From Styela clava (Eukaryota): a stretch of DNA of 64,000 bases. Shown here one piece after another: positions 49,001 to 61,460 of the stretch. The translations under genes were made by a program, and so were the position numbers. The notes under the pieces are model-generated. The model had not been told where the DNA came from and searched no databases. It saw only the letters and a list, made by a program, of their open reading frames with translations. The first letter of the stretch is position 1. Every line of letters starts with the position of its first letter. The DNA lies in assembly GCF_964204865.1 (NCBI RefSeq), contig NC_135253.1:6758001-6822000 (forward strand). Direction: 5' to 3'.

Positions 49001-52000
49001 AAAGTGATCACTACAATAATATCCTCGGAAACCACATGTCCACCATGTACCTACTTTTTACAAACACCCTGCATAACCCTAAGATGAAATACCCTTAACA
49101 GTTCTTAACTGCCGAATGTCACATTTACAAACACATTTAACTAATTATGAATATCCTGTTTTCAACAAGGAGAAAACCAAAATCGAACAAATCTTGTCTA
49201 ATGCTCTCCACCAGTGTGTTGTACTCAGGCGTGTAACTTGACACTGTAACTCATAGCGGGTCTTGCAGATTTTCATCAGTAAGGCGTATTCCGAGCTTAG
49301 TTCCTTGTGAAGTTCATGTCAAAAAATGTTGATTCACAAAGATAGCTTGAACCAAATACTGGTATCGTAACATAGGATTGCTGTTTGATTTATAAGGCGA
49401 TTTTTTTCTGCCCGTACTACGCTGACCAATGGATAGTGACAAGATGTGAAATGTCTCTTCGCTTCGTCGTCGTTATAATCACCTCGCAAATGAGACATAC
49501 GCAAGCTATTTTCACGGTGGTAAAAGGAAATCCACCTCCCATTCATCGTGAAAATGGTAGGTTATTTTTCGTTTTTCTGCCATTTTTTTTTGAACTCACT
49601 AATTGTATTATAGGCATTGCTGCTCCACAAATCAACGGACACGGAAAAACGCGGGTTCGTGGAAGGTGACATCTGTGTGATGTCATAATTGGGAGAGTAT
49701 TAAATGACCCGTCTCACATTACTGGGGTCAAATAAAAATTAGGATGATTGTTACAATAATATTTAACATAGTGTCATTCCAAGTTCCCAAATAAGACATA
49801 AGTGTGATTTATACAAGTATAACATGACAAAAATTATTTGATGTAGCTTACTTATAAGCGCCGTTATTAAGCTTATTTTGGAACAGATTTGCGGGCGACT
49901 CATCTGGTCTTCATGGGCGACTTGGTGCCCACGGGTAACGGGTTGGTGACCCCTGGTCTATATACATACCTTCTTCAATTTCATGCAGATTGACAAAAAA
50001 AAAAACCGTTTATGGTGCAACTGATTTTGAGTTGTCTTATAGCTGCAGTTGCCTGGTATTTTACTTTGTATCCATTTAGCACCTCAAAGCGCTTTATAAT
50101 TGACTTACGGAGTATTTTATCCCGGAAAGGTCTGTGTTGCAGTTCTACGCACACTTACTGTTCAACAAAAATGAATATATTCTGCCATATTGTCACTATC
50201 GATAATTTTGATAATCTTGCTCTCAACAAGTTACTTATTTTACATGATTACCTGAAACAGTAACTACTTAAGTAGCATTTGCAAACTATTTTCTACCAAA
50301 TTTTTCAGCTTCACAATTTTGCAGGCATGTGCTAGTTTTGGAGGTGGTGTAGTACTTGTAGCTTCTGGATATTGGATCGATTCTCAAGGATTCATTCCCA
50401 GTTCTATTTTCATTACTGGATGCGCAATAGCAGCCATTCTGTTTATTCCCATGATGACATCAGCTGAACACGATAAATATTCTGTATTGCCGTACATTGA
50501 CGATTCTGTAAACGCTAACCAAGATTCATTGCAAGGAGACAAATGCTATAGATCAAACGTGGATCGAAAATGTCCAATGGTTGAAGACGAATGTGACGAA
50601 TCAACGGCATTATTGCATAACAAAGAAATTACAATCAAAACATCAAAATCGACATTTTGCTCGCAAATTAAAGTGATCTGGAGAATATATACAACAGAAA
50701 AAAATATTTGTTATCATGTAGAAGGTAATGATCAAATTACAACTGATTTCACTTTAAATTTGACTATATACTGTTCAAGCTTTGCGATTATTGACTGGCC
50801 TTATGACGGGATTCCAATTGCTGCTTCTATGAAATATCACCTATCTTTCTTCAGACTCAGTGAGCGATGAATGTTTTTACACAAGAAGATTGTGGCGTCT
50901 ATGGTTTTTCGTTATTAGCTATGCTTGGTATACATTTGTCATTAATGGCTCGGCTGCGTTTCAGACTTTGTTTTTCATTTCATATCCAATTTGCTTTACA
51001 CCTGGTATGATTGGTCTTCAAAATGTAAGTAAATTTATTAGTTGCACAATTTTACTTCAAACAATATGTTAATGCAGTGGTTCTCAAACTTTTAAAGCCG
51101 CGCTCCCTTTTTAGAATTTGTAAAACCTTGTGCCCACTCCAAAAATAACTAGCTAACAATAAGCTACAAATTTGGCGAAAGTATGTTTTATTCAAAAAAC
51201 ACGTTGAAAATACGCGGATGAAACGTAAATAATTAAAACAAATAAAAAGTTTTAAGCATGTTTTCAGATGCTTCATAAAGGTTTGGGAAGGATGCGTGAT
51301 TTCCATTTTGAATTTTGCGACATAAATCGGACAAGATCAAATCTGGCAAATATTTTAATTTTGAATTAGCTTCACGTCCCCCTAAGAAATTGTCTACGAC
51401 TCCTTGCGGGGCGCGTCCCATCGTTTGAGAACTACGGTTCCAATGATGCCGGTTATCTCGTGTTTAGTACATTTTTTTAATTTTCTGAATGAAGGGTTAT
51501 ACTTCAGATGAATTTAAAACTGTTCAAAAGTTTAAACGAGCACCATACAGTGCTGTATGCTTAAATCAAGCCTATAAGGAATTGCAAAATTACGAAGCAA
51601 ACATATTTGCGCAAATATGGACCATTTAACGAAATCTACAATATGCAGGATTTTTTTTCCACCACAGGGCATTGCCAGCGGACTTGTAATATTGAGTCCA
51701 CTCATCATCAAATTTTATGAGTCCGTGCTGAGATTGAGGACTCAAAGCATTCTACTACTCACGATTTGTACCCGCTTGTCAAGTACTTTAATGATGGGCT
51801 TCGCTAAATCTCCTATTCTCGTTTTTTCAGGTAAACTTTATTTATGGAATTAAAGTTTGTATATTGATCGATCATTATCATCAATATATTCATAAATATT
51901 AAAATCAGGGCTATGTGAGATCGATTTGATTCAATGTAAATATATAAAAACCAAAATAAAGATTTTCAAACGTATTGAGTTTTCAAACCAACCGTTTGTC

Positions 52001-53189
52001 TGTGGGAATATTATTTTAAAACAGTACTAACTAATCTAATATTCCACAAATAAATATTTTCTTGACAGAATATTAATTTTTCAGCCACGAGTATCGGAGT
52101 TCTTTCTACCTTTCCGAATTCAATCATACGCTCTCAAATATCAAAGCTTGTCTCTTCGTCAGAACAAGGTACAGTTATATTTACCTGCAATTCGGTTTTA
52201 AATCATTCATCCATTTTTATTTACTCGTTTGGCTGGCGGCCTATATTCATTATCGAAGTATCGTAAAATTGAATAATCCAAACAAGTTTAATTCAAAGTG
52301 AGGCAGAAACATTCATTAAATCTAATGATTTAGTTCCAAGTATATGGATATTTTACAAAATCTTAGCTAAAGTTGTTGGCTAATTTCAACTGGACCGACT
52401 TATTGATACATTATATAGAATTTGGAATAGCATCTTAAAGTTATCGAACTGTTTTTGTTTCTGACACACAAGAACATCTATTCTGGTCATATTTCAGGGT
52501 CAGCTCTTGCTCTTCTCTCGGGAATTGAAGGTACTTTCAGCATATTTTCATCAATTTTCTTTTTGTACATATATCCTGCAACGCTCCATATTTCACACGG
52601 ATTCTCGTGGATCGTAGCAAGCTTCGTGTTATGCATTCCACTAATTCTAATGATGTAAGTATTTATCTCAACAACGGACAGAAAACATCTATTGTATAAC
52701 GTACACGTACGGTTTTAAACCTCAATATAGGAACGGAATTGCGTTCATTTGGAACTAACTGTAAATGATACACAACACTTATTGAAGGAAGACGTAGCAG
52801 TCTATTGAACCGAATGCTGTTCGTGCGTAAGTTCTTAATCGCGTGCATACTTATTGTTCTGTTACATTGATCTGATTCCCACAGATGTAAAAATTTTATA
52901 ACATTTCTCGCTAGAAATGAACATGTACGAAATGAAGTCTACAAAAATATACGTTTATTTTCAATGCCCTTTACAGTCGGTTGTAAAAGGTTCGGGCCCG
53001 ATTTAAGAAACTCACTTTTCTTTTAACTGGAAAGCGAATAATTATATAAAATCTTCATAATAGTACAAATATCTTTTTTTTACACTATTCAAACTTTTTT
53101 TCAGCATTCTTTGGATTGTAGAGAACATTGAAACCACCTTGCAGCTAAGAATTGACGATAGGTCATTTACAGCAGAAGCTGACAAATGA
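46004..53189 (+). CDS. SLC46-family paralogue 3; 10 exons (46004-46102, 46270-46376, 46729-46890, 48583-48708, 50309-50724, 50855-51024, 51668-51830, 52085-52168, 52498-52654, 53105-53189), 522 aa
   Basis: In-phase GT-AG splicing with no stops; WSDKIGRK, PICF, IIRSQISKLVSSSEQGSAL, IYPATL. Closest to paralogue 2. Confidence 0.88.
46909..48405. mobile_element. Non-autonomous hAT element in intron 3 of SLC46 paralogue 3
   Basis: Perfect 8-bp TSD ATCTAGGA (46901-46908 / 48406-48413); TIRs CATAGGTTCTCAAA / TTTGAGAACCCCTG; GGGCTCCGC subterminal repeats at both ends. Confidence 0.9.
48754..49955 (-). mobile_element. Internally deleted hAT (Charlie/GTF2IRD2-like) element in intron 4 of SLC46 paralogue 3
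   Basis: Perfect 15-bp TIRs CAGGGGTCACCAACC; partial TSD GTCTAT. Minus strand ~49345-49190 reads YLCESTFFDMNF..RLTDENLQD.L*V.VSSYTPEYNTLV (hAT C-terminal region). Confidence 0.88.
51075..51437. mobile_element. hAT MITE in intron 6 of SLC46 paralogue 3
   Basis: CAGTGGTTCTCAAAC / GTTTGAGAACTACGG TIRs; degenerate TSD TGTTAATG/TTCCAATG. Confidence 0.75.
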
Positions 53190-54494
53190 AATGGATAAAT
53201 GAAACGAGGATTTCGTGGTTGTTTGATTGTTTTTTATATATTCTCCGCCGTAATTGACTATGACAATAAGATTTGCAGACACTTCTGAAATCAATGTTAT
53301 AGAATGGCAAAATTTTCTTTTCCAAAGACAGTACTTTAAAATGTAGCTGATATTGACTCAAAAATGTAAAAAAAAAAATGATAATTTAGGCACTAAATTT
53401 TATTGACCGTACTGTAGATAAATCTAAATACGAATTTCTAGTTCTAGCTACATATTTTCTGCTTTGAGTTATCATATAAGCAAAAACTATGTTCAACATT
53501 ACCCATCTTGACTCTAAGCAAAACACTGTATCTGATATTAATTTTAACTTTCACTGTACCAGTGCAGTATAAACCATAGTGCTTCGCGTGTTTTTGGCGG
53601 CTTCAGTATATAGTTTTTTTTTTAATTTTCACTACTATTTTCATAGCTTTCAATAATGTTGTCAAATAATCTGGAAATAAAGAATATTACGTTACTATCG
53701 TGTAAATAACTGCACAAGTGGTTTCATAAAGCCCCATAAAAAGTTCATCCGCATTAGAGATATGTCTGCAGATCGCGTTGGATGCGAGATTTAGAACAGT
53801 TGACACCATCGCTACAAAGAAAACATCTACAAAAATTGAAGTTTTTGAAATTAATTTAGTGGTCTGGTCAACCAGAAATCGGTCAGTACAATTAAAAGTT
53901 CAGTGACGCTTACTCGTTTTATTTATTTGAGTCGTAGAAGCCGCAGCTAGTCACTGACACAAAAATACGAGAATACATTACGATCAATGTTAGCTGCAGC
54001 TGCGTGATCATACGATGGTCGACTGTGTTGCAGAAGTGAATCTTTGTTTTCAGATAATTTTCCTACAATTCATATTATCTGATATTATAATATAAGCAGA
54101 ATCTATTCTTGTGCCATAAACCTACTAAAATTTCTTGTATAGTGTTCAGTAAATCAAGACAGAAATCATATGTTGCTTCAACAAATGTCGAGACTTGAAA
54201 GTATTATCGTGAACGAATACACATAAATACAGATTGCACAATCAAGTACACCTGTAACTTCTAATAGATCCGGTACACATTCATCGCAATCGCGATTCAT
54301 CCCAACCTGACGTGTCTGAGCGTTCGCAGTAAAATGATTCCTAAGATATGCAACGTCGACATGGAAATAGTGACTTCCACATCTGATGTTTCGTCAGGAT
54401 TGCTTTGGCTTCAGCTCTTACCATACATACATAAATACATACACACTGTCGGGCATTTTCCTTTGAGATATGTATGCTGTACCTCTGAAATATC

Positions 54495-54850
54495 AACAAG
54501 AGAGCAATGCCCAAATATATGGATACGAAACCAAAACTTCACGCCTAACGCAAAAGTAACCGCCACAAGGTTTGCAATTTTTGATGACTTCATCGCACAC
54601 AAAAAGCGAATTGCATAGAGCCGTAAATATATACTACTACGATAGAGCTCATAAAAATTGAAATAAATAAAACCTTTGAAATAATTAATGGTCGTTTAGC
54701 GAAAAAAATCTTTAATTGCAATTGGTCCGGTAGTTACAGTGAAAGGAGATTTTTTTTCCCAAGCAAAAAAAAGAGAAGGAATACTCACAGCAAGATGATC
54801 AACAACAACATAATGTCAAAACCTGTACCTGTACATTTTGTGTCCAACAA
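54495..54850 (-). mobile_element. HINE-like element copy
   Basis: AACAAGAGAGCAATGCCCAAATATATGGATACG ... TGTACATTTTGTGTCCAACAA; shares internal blocks with the other copies. Confidence 0.65.
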
Positions 54851-56342
54851 GGTAAACAAGGATTAAAATAAAAAATTATACCTAAAGGAAGTGACAAAAT
54901 GTTCACATTGTTGGAAAAATCCTAGCAATTCTCTAAGAAGGTCATGTACAAGTTTCGTACAATTCCCCCTTGAAAGCCGTAATCGATATTCAGATTCAGA
55001 TTCAGATAATTTATTTTCGTCGTGCAAGAAACATTATGAACAACACAAGCATAGTAAATCAAGGCAAAAGAAAACAACAGACACATAATGTTTCGACTGC
55101 AATTAACGAGGAGCCGCGAAAGACTATCAAGTCATCGTGTCAGCGACACCATTAAAGCTGAATGACGTCAAAAAAACGTCAAATGATTAAGGTTGAGTTA
55201 TATATGATAGGCAATACAGCTGGTGCTCTGTAGATTTTATCTTCAAAATTGCAAAGAGACGTTATTGTTGTCAAATATGTGGGATGACGGTATTTGCTTT
55301 CCAGGTTTTGTAACAACCAATGAGCTGTTTGTCCGGCGTGCAGTGATTCGACAAAATAGGTCATGTGAAATGCAAATGTAGGCAGGGTAGTTACTTTAAT
55401 TGTAGCTAGAGAATCTACCAATTAAGTTTCAATACTACTACTAGCAACAGGTGATAAACATATTTTAAAGTAGATAAATGTAAATCCTAGATTGGAAGTT
55501 ATGGAAAGACTATCATCATACTTCAACTGATATAGGCGAACTGTCACAGAAAATGATTATAGTTCTGTGTATTGAATGAATCAGAAGACTCTAGGATTCC
55601 GGATTGGTTGTTTATTGAACGGCACCTCCAATATCGAACTTAAAACAGCATAACAGATTAAATCTCTAAAGAACAAAAAATACGACCGCCCGCCAGCACG
55701 GCGGCCGGAGAAAAGATAGCGAATGACATCGTTTTTCTCGCACATGTAGTTAGTGGTCGGAGTCCAGATCCAACAGAACAGCATTAAACAATGGTCAACA
55801 CAACTGTTTATCAACAGAAATATATATGTGTACACACAATCTACCACACACACTTTAGTCCGCGACAGAACCTCTATTCTAGAGGAAATTCTCAATTTCA
55901 ATTTGGCTAAATATTCACAACAATATCTTGATATTTTGTAGCACTCATGCGCGGACAATTATTTTTGAAAATGAATTCTACAAAAAACAGGTTAAGAATT
56001 TCGATTATGGATGCCATTTGATAATACGTTCTAATTCTCGCTTCATCTAGTGCAGTGATTCCCAAAGTGGGCGATATCTCCCCCCGGTGGGCGAAAACGA
56101 TACAGAGGGGGGCGAAAAAGTCAAAGGGGGCGATTTCGCAAAACCTGTTTTTGTTCGGCGCATCGTGCAATTGATTACTGTACTCTGCGTGCTTTCGTAG
56201 GTTTGAATCACGTGCTCGATTATCACACGCGAAAGGATTGCTGGGCTCGTCTTCGCAGTAAGGTTTGTGTAGTTTACGTATCCCAGTGGCTGGCAAAATA
56301 CGGCCGGAGTAAAATAACCTGGCCTGGGACGCTTCACTGAAT

Positions 56343-56840
56343 GGACCTTTACCCGACCTTTGACCCCGGAAAATTCTTCCTACACTTTACCATTTTAAAA
56401 TTCCCGGTGATTATTCTAAGAGTGGTTTCGCGAGTTGTTGCCTGTAAAATGTGGTATTTGTTTCAAACTATTATTCTAGTTCATACCATTCAACAATATG
56501 TTTTTTAAAAGTACCGGTAAAGAATTTTAGCCTAGTCTATCACAGCTATTTCTATACTAATTTTTGATTACTGTAATCAAACTGGAACTCCTAGGAAGAC
56601 AAAGTGATTATTGACTTATTTGATTTATATTTAAATTTCCAAAAAAACAAGTAAAACTAACGAATATAATTCAAAAACGCGAAAATGAGGTAATGTTCAC
56701 GACCACGCCTGAAAATCTGTCTCAGTGAGAAATGTGTCTGAGCGGACGCTAAAGGGGGCATTGTTACGTTTATTTTTGCATCTTGCTGATTGGCCAATGT
56801 CACGAAATAAACAAGGAAGTCTATGCCCGGGGAAACATCC
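56343..56840 (+). mobile_element. Unclassified TIR element (GGACCTTT..CCG / CGGGGAAACATCC) nested in the hAT element
   Basis: Homologous to 29521-29970 (reverse) and to the partial copy starting at 39871. Confidence 0.65.
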
Positions 56841-57296
56841 AAGTGGCGGTGTTGACGATGAATTAATTTTATTTATATTCTACGCTCAAAGGAGTAGCAA
56901 CCCCAAATTTTGTCCCGCGAGCGACATAAAATTTGCCGACTTCTGGGCCGTAGCCATAGTTGGTCACGCCTTCTTTCACATCCGAGTGCACGAATCCAAA
57001 ACAAATGGCTGAATAATTCTATGGACTGGAGACCGTGGTAGGATGAGAAATCGGGGATAAATTTGACCGAAGACCATTATATATCATGTATTTTTGTGCA
57101 GGTCATCAGGCTGTAGGGACGAACAAGATGTACGAAAATAATTATTATAAGTTTACTCAAATTAACTTTGTTTTTGGGGAGGTAAAACCCTGGATTCTTT
57201 CATTTCCGACCTCTTATATGGTGAAAAAGGGGTTTTCAGCCTTGCTACTATTGCTATCAAAACAACGAATTGCCTTTCCATCAGTAAACGGTGTAA

Positions 57297-57568
57297 TTGG
57301 ACACGTCAGTGTACATAACGATCGTTTCAATATTATGTTGTTGTTCTTGTTAGTAGTATTCTTCTCTTTCGTCATGATGAAATTGCTTTTCTCTTCAATT
57401 GCTTTGAAATTTTCAGTAGTTAAAGATTGATGTTTTTGCCAGAAGGCTATTACTTTTACTTATTTCAGAAATTTCTGTTGACTTCAAGAGATTCGTTTTT
57501 TATGTGTCAGAATAAAAAATAGCGACACCTTGTGACGTGTCTATATATTTGAGCACAGCTCTCTTGTT
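57297..57568 (+). mobile_element. Complete short HINE/DINE-1-like element interrupting the hAT transposase remnant
   Basis: TT-GGACACGTCA (5' subTIR with adjacent partial IR GTGTAC) ... TGACGTGTCT (3' subTIR), GAGC-ACA-GCTC hairpin, TCTTGTT end; no TSD. Confidence 0.75.
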
Positions 57569-57949
57569 TTAGATATAATAATAAACTCGCTGAAGAACAC
57601 CAAGCTCATCCATCTCATTAAAAAACACTCTAAACTAGGAGTTGTCTTTTTATTTGGTCTGTAATATATTCGTTTTTGTAGTGCAGGGGGGCAATGAAGT
57701 GTGTAAACTTCTGTAGAGGGGCGATGGTACAAAAAAGTTCGGGAACCACTGATCTAGTCACTAGTGTACTGACAGAAGTAACGAAACGGCAAGTGCCTCA
57801 GTGCTGAAAATTCTTGGAATTTTCATTACTTACCCGGTGTCTTGCTTTAAAAAATTCCTGAAATATTCTCGGAAATTTTGGAAAATTTGAAATTTTTTAA
57901 ATAGACACATTTTCCACTTGACATAGTTTCAAACCTGGTCGTAAACTTT

Positions 57950-59200
57950 GGCTCGTTATCTTGACTGTCATTTGTTACGTGTCATCAGTATAAAAGTAAT
58001 AAGTAAAAATCAACTCAACTGTCATTGTTTTTTCGGGAGGGATTCAGCATAGTCTCGGAGGTCGAAATAGGTCTTGAAAATCTGGAATAGACTAGTCTGC
58101 AACTAGGTGCCATTATCTTTTCATATGACATTAGCTTGAATATTTTATAACTAAATTGTGCCTTCGAAAAAAAAAAAACTCTGACTAGTTTGCACGGGTA
58201 GAATTCAATCAATGAAGTCAGTTATTGAGTATTATGGATTTTATCAAAAAACTACAAATAATAGAAATGTGTTTAAGATGATTCATGATTAGGTATTGAT
58301 GTTGAATCTTTCAGCAATTACAATGTGGCAATTCGGTTACAATGTGGCAATTGAACACTCGTTTTAGGTAATGTAAGCAAAATGATCAGCGTATGCTAGT
58401 TTTAAAAATTTTGAGCTTTTTTTACATGCTTTTCATGAGTGCTTCCTGGATAATAGGAAGTATTCTTGGCACAAAGCTTGAATCACCGGTGTCGTGATGA
58501 GGATCTTTAGGCGGAGATGGTTTTCTTTGTTACCATCCAAGACGGAGCTTGATATTTGCTGCTTGGATTTGATTGATGGAAATGTTGTCATCATGAGACT
58601 TAGATTACTGGTGTTAGTTATCTGTTATGTAGACATGGGCCAAGTATGGCCCGTTAAGTAATTCAATCTGGCCCGCCTGATGCTGCCACAACCAAACTGA
58701 AATCGAATTTTGATTTTTTAGCTAAAAATAGTTCAAGGAATTTGTTGAGATTGCGGTTAAATTTAGTCTTGGCACAAGTCTACCTTTGCTTTGTAACACT
58801 GTAGATATTGTTCAATGAATGTAACTTTTTACGTCACACTTACATGGAAGGCCAGACTAGGTGGGCAATTTTTTTTGCCCCTGGTTCAAAAACCTAGCCC
58901 ACCCCTGTATAGCCTATATCTATAACTGTAATAAGGCAAGGCTTGGTTCTCTTCTCCTGGGTTAATCCGACAATGGGAAATTGACTAACGTTGCTGATTT
59001 ATGTACCGATGAATTAAAGCAGTTTGTGGCGCGGCGATTTAAAATAATTTGCGAAGTTGCCACTGTTTTGGAGCTTTCCGTGAAACCACCATTGCATAAC
59101 TATTATTATTATTAAAAGGAATTGGCCATTCTAATTACCAGGATTATGTGCGCCAGACTAAAAATAATCTTTTAGATACTCTTTGTCATAGTCCCAGCAA
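57950..59200 (-). mobile_element. Highly degenerate LINE RT remnant, interrupted by the hAT MITE at 58630-58907
   Basis: Minus-strand traces PGN*..PI (~59140), FSKA (~58165), MLNP (~58045); boundaries approximate. Confidence 0.4.
58630..58907. mobile_element. hAT MITE, same family as 27233-27538
   Basis: Shared internal sequence and CCCACCCCTG right end. Confidence 0.75.
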
Positions 59201-61460
59201 AATATCACAATACTCAAAGTTAGTTACATTGCGATCAAAAATATATCACGGAATTTATGTAAAAAGCATGCTACGCAGTTAAAATTACAGATGTCTTTAA
59301 ACTAAAGCTAAACCTTCGGGTCGAAGGTTGATGCTTATCGATTACGCTTATGCGATTTATGCTTATCCATTCCAGTGTCATACTTATGGCATACAGTTCG
59401 GCAGTGTATGATGTTTGGATCCGTTGTAATGGAAATTACATAGTAGTTTCACTTTGTAAGGCATGAGAAGAACAACCAAATCCTTCATCTGTTTTGGATA
59501 CATCTGTGAAAACATATGTAGGGCCTGTAATGTTTGAAGCTAGACACGACTTGCTGCGATTCCGCAACTACAGATGATTTATCTCCTGAACCGATTTTAG
59601 CAAACATGAGTGAGTTTTCTAGTATTTTATAGGAAAAGCAGGCAGAGACTATGAAGAAGAGTTGACCTCTTGTCTTTATTCTTAAGGCCTACATGTTCAT
59701 AAACTTCAAAAGTCATACAGATTAACGATCACAAAGTTTAGTTTTAGTTATGGGCAGCAATTTTCGTCGTATAAGTGTGTCGTGAGTTTTTTTCTTGATA
59801 GAAAAAGTTTGGGAGCCGCTGGTAACTTTAAGAGATTTCTCATATATATATGCAATCAATATGATGCTAAGTGACGCTTATCAGTTTTTGAACTCTGACA
59901 ATTCACATATTTTTTTAATCAAGCAATTGGTAAAAAACATGGCCGTTGACTTTGGTTTTGCAATCGTAAAACCCCACAGTTCGTACCATGTACGGTACCT
60001 GGCACGTCTTTCAGCCACCAGGTCACAAATTGGACTGTAAGGGACATTAATCTAATATGGGTAAAAACTATGCAGTGGTGGATCCCAATGAACCGGCCTG
60101 AGACTGCAGTGCGGCATTTGGAAGCTATATCAGGTGTAGCAAAATATAATTACAATCAAGACCATTTGCTTATAGCTCCCATGGATATATCCAATTTTAT
60201 TCGTTGGGAAGTGTTGGGTAACAATAAATTATATACTTCCATGGCATTCTCTGCCAGACTAATGAATGATGTAAATATAAGCTCCAATGCCCTGTCATTT
60301 CTTTGTTTTTAAAGATGGGAAGTTATCATGGGAAAAAACAAAGTTTTTGTTTGTTTAACCAGATGCTTTATTTTTCAAAAGATATATAAAGTTGCGAGCG
60401 TCGAAGAAATTTAAATATTTGTTTTTACGGAGTATCTAAATCTGAGCTCCATTTTTATATCACTTACATCCCACATATGCTGCACTATGAGAAAGACCGC
60501 AATTTGTACAATGTGATGTAGCATTACATGAGGCTTGTTCGTGTACTTCACCACAGCGGGTACAGCGGTTATATTCATGGGTCTTGAACCTCGGGTATCC
60601 AATCTCAACGGCAGGAGAAACAATATTTGTACTAAAACTTAAAACGACCGTAGAGCAACGTTTGAACCACGAGCTTGGCTTTCAGTACAGTTGCTTTGTT
60701 TGTGCAACGCAGAATCCAGAAAGAAAGCTGCCATTGTTTATCAGATACTCGGGAACGTGTTTAACAACGCACTGTGAAAAAAATAGTATTTTTCTGATTT
60801 GATGGGAATTAACGTTGAAGCGTTGCGTAAATTATTACATTATATCGAGATAGAAAATTACTTTGTTGTGATGCATTTTACAAGCAAGTCGACCAAAGGT
60901 AACAGACGTATTTTTTTTTCTTGAAAAAAACAAACAAACATATTACAAGCGGATTATGTGATCGCAACTGACGGCCCATCGGAGTAGCTTTTATTAACAT
61001 ACATAGATTTATGAAATCCACCTGTTACTTAGATACTGTTGGTTCAAGAACAGTCTCTAAATGATTCTGATTGGTGATATCATGTTGACACGTGTTGCTC
61101 CAACACAGGGAGACCTCAATATAGTCTCGTAAACAAAATCACACACTTGTGGATTATGTAATCAAGCACTTACGTACACTAATAACAGAAGTGAGATAAT
61201 GACCACGAGATCGTACTTATTAATCAGCAAATTCTAAAAAATACGACCTTACCTTACTTGTCTGCAAATAGCGTTTTTCGACTGTAGCGTTGGAAACGGT
61301 AAAAAAGAAGCGGATCATGGCCTGCATTAAGTAATAATTAGGGATTCTTTCATGCCTGGCTTTAAAATTGGTTTAAAACGTTTTACTTATATGAAATTTA
61401 CATTTCAAACCTAATGATTTATAAGGACATGTAAATTGGATCGATATATTCTTAACTGAA

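Larger units (their letters stand above)
56053..57751 (+). mobile_element. Internally deleted Buster/SCAND3-like hAT element carrying two nested insertions
   Basis: TIRs CAGTGATTCCCAAA / TTCGGGAACCACTG; TSD ATCTAGTG/ATCTAGTC; transposase C-terminal remnant SFPTSYMVKKGFSA...LSKQR (~57200-57270) and HQAHPSH* (ends 57621). Confidence 0.85.

Noticed and set aside
365-53189. Operon or biosynthetic cluster (KYNU-like + PIPOX + SLC46, all on + strand)
   Set aside because: The genes are separated by kilobases of repeat-rich DNA, KYNU-like and PIPOX each have their own poly(A) signal, and the KYNU homologue looks inactive. There is no sequence evidence for a functional link.
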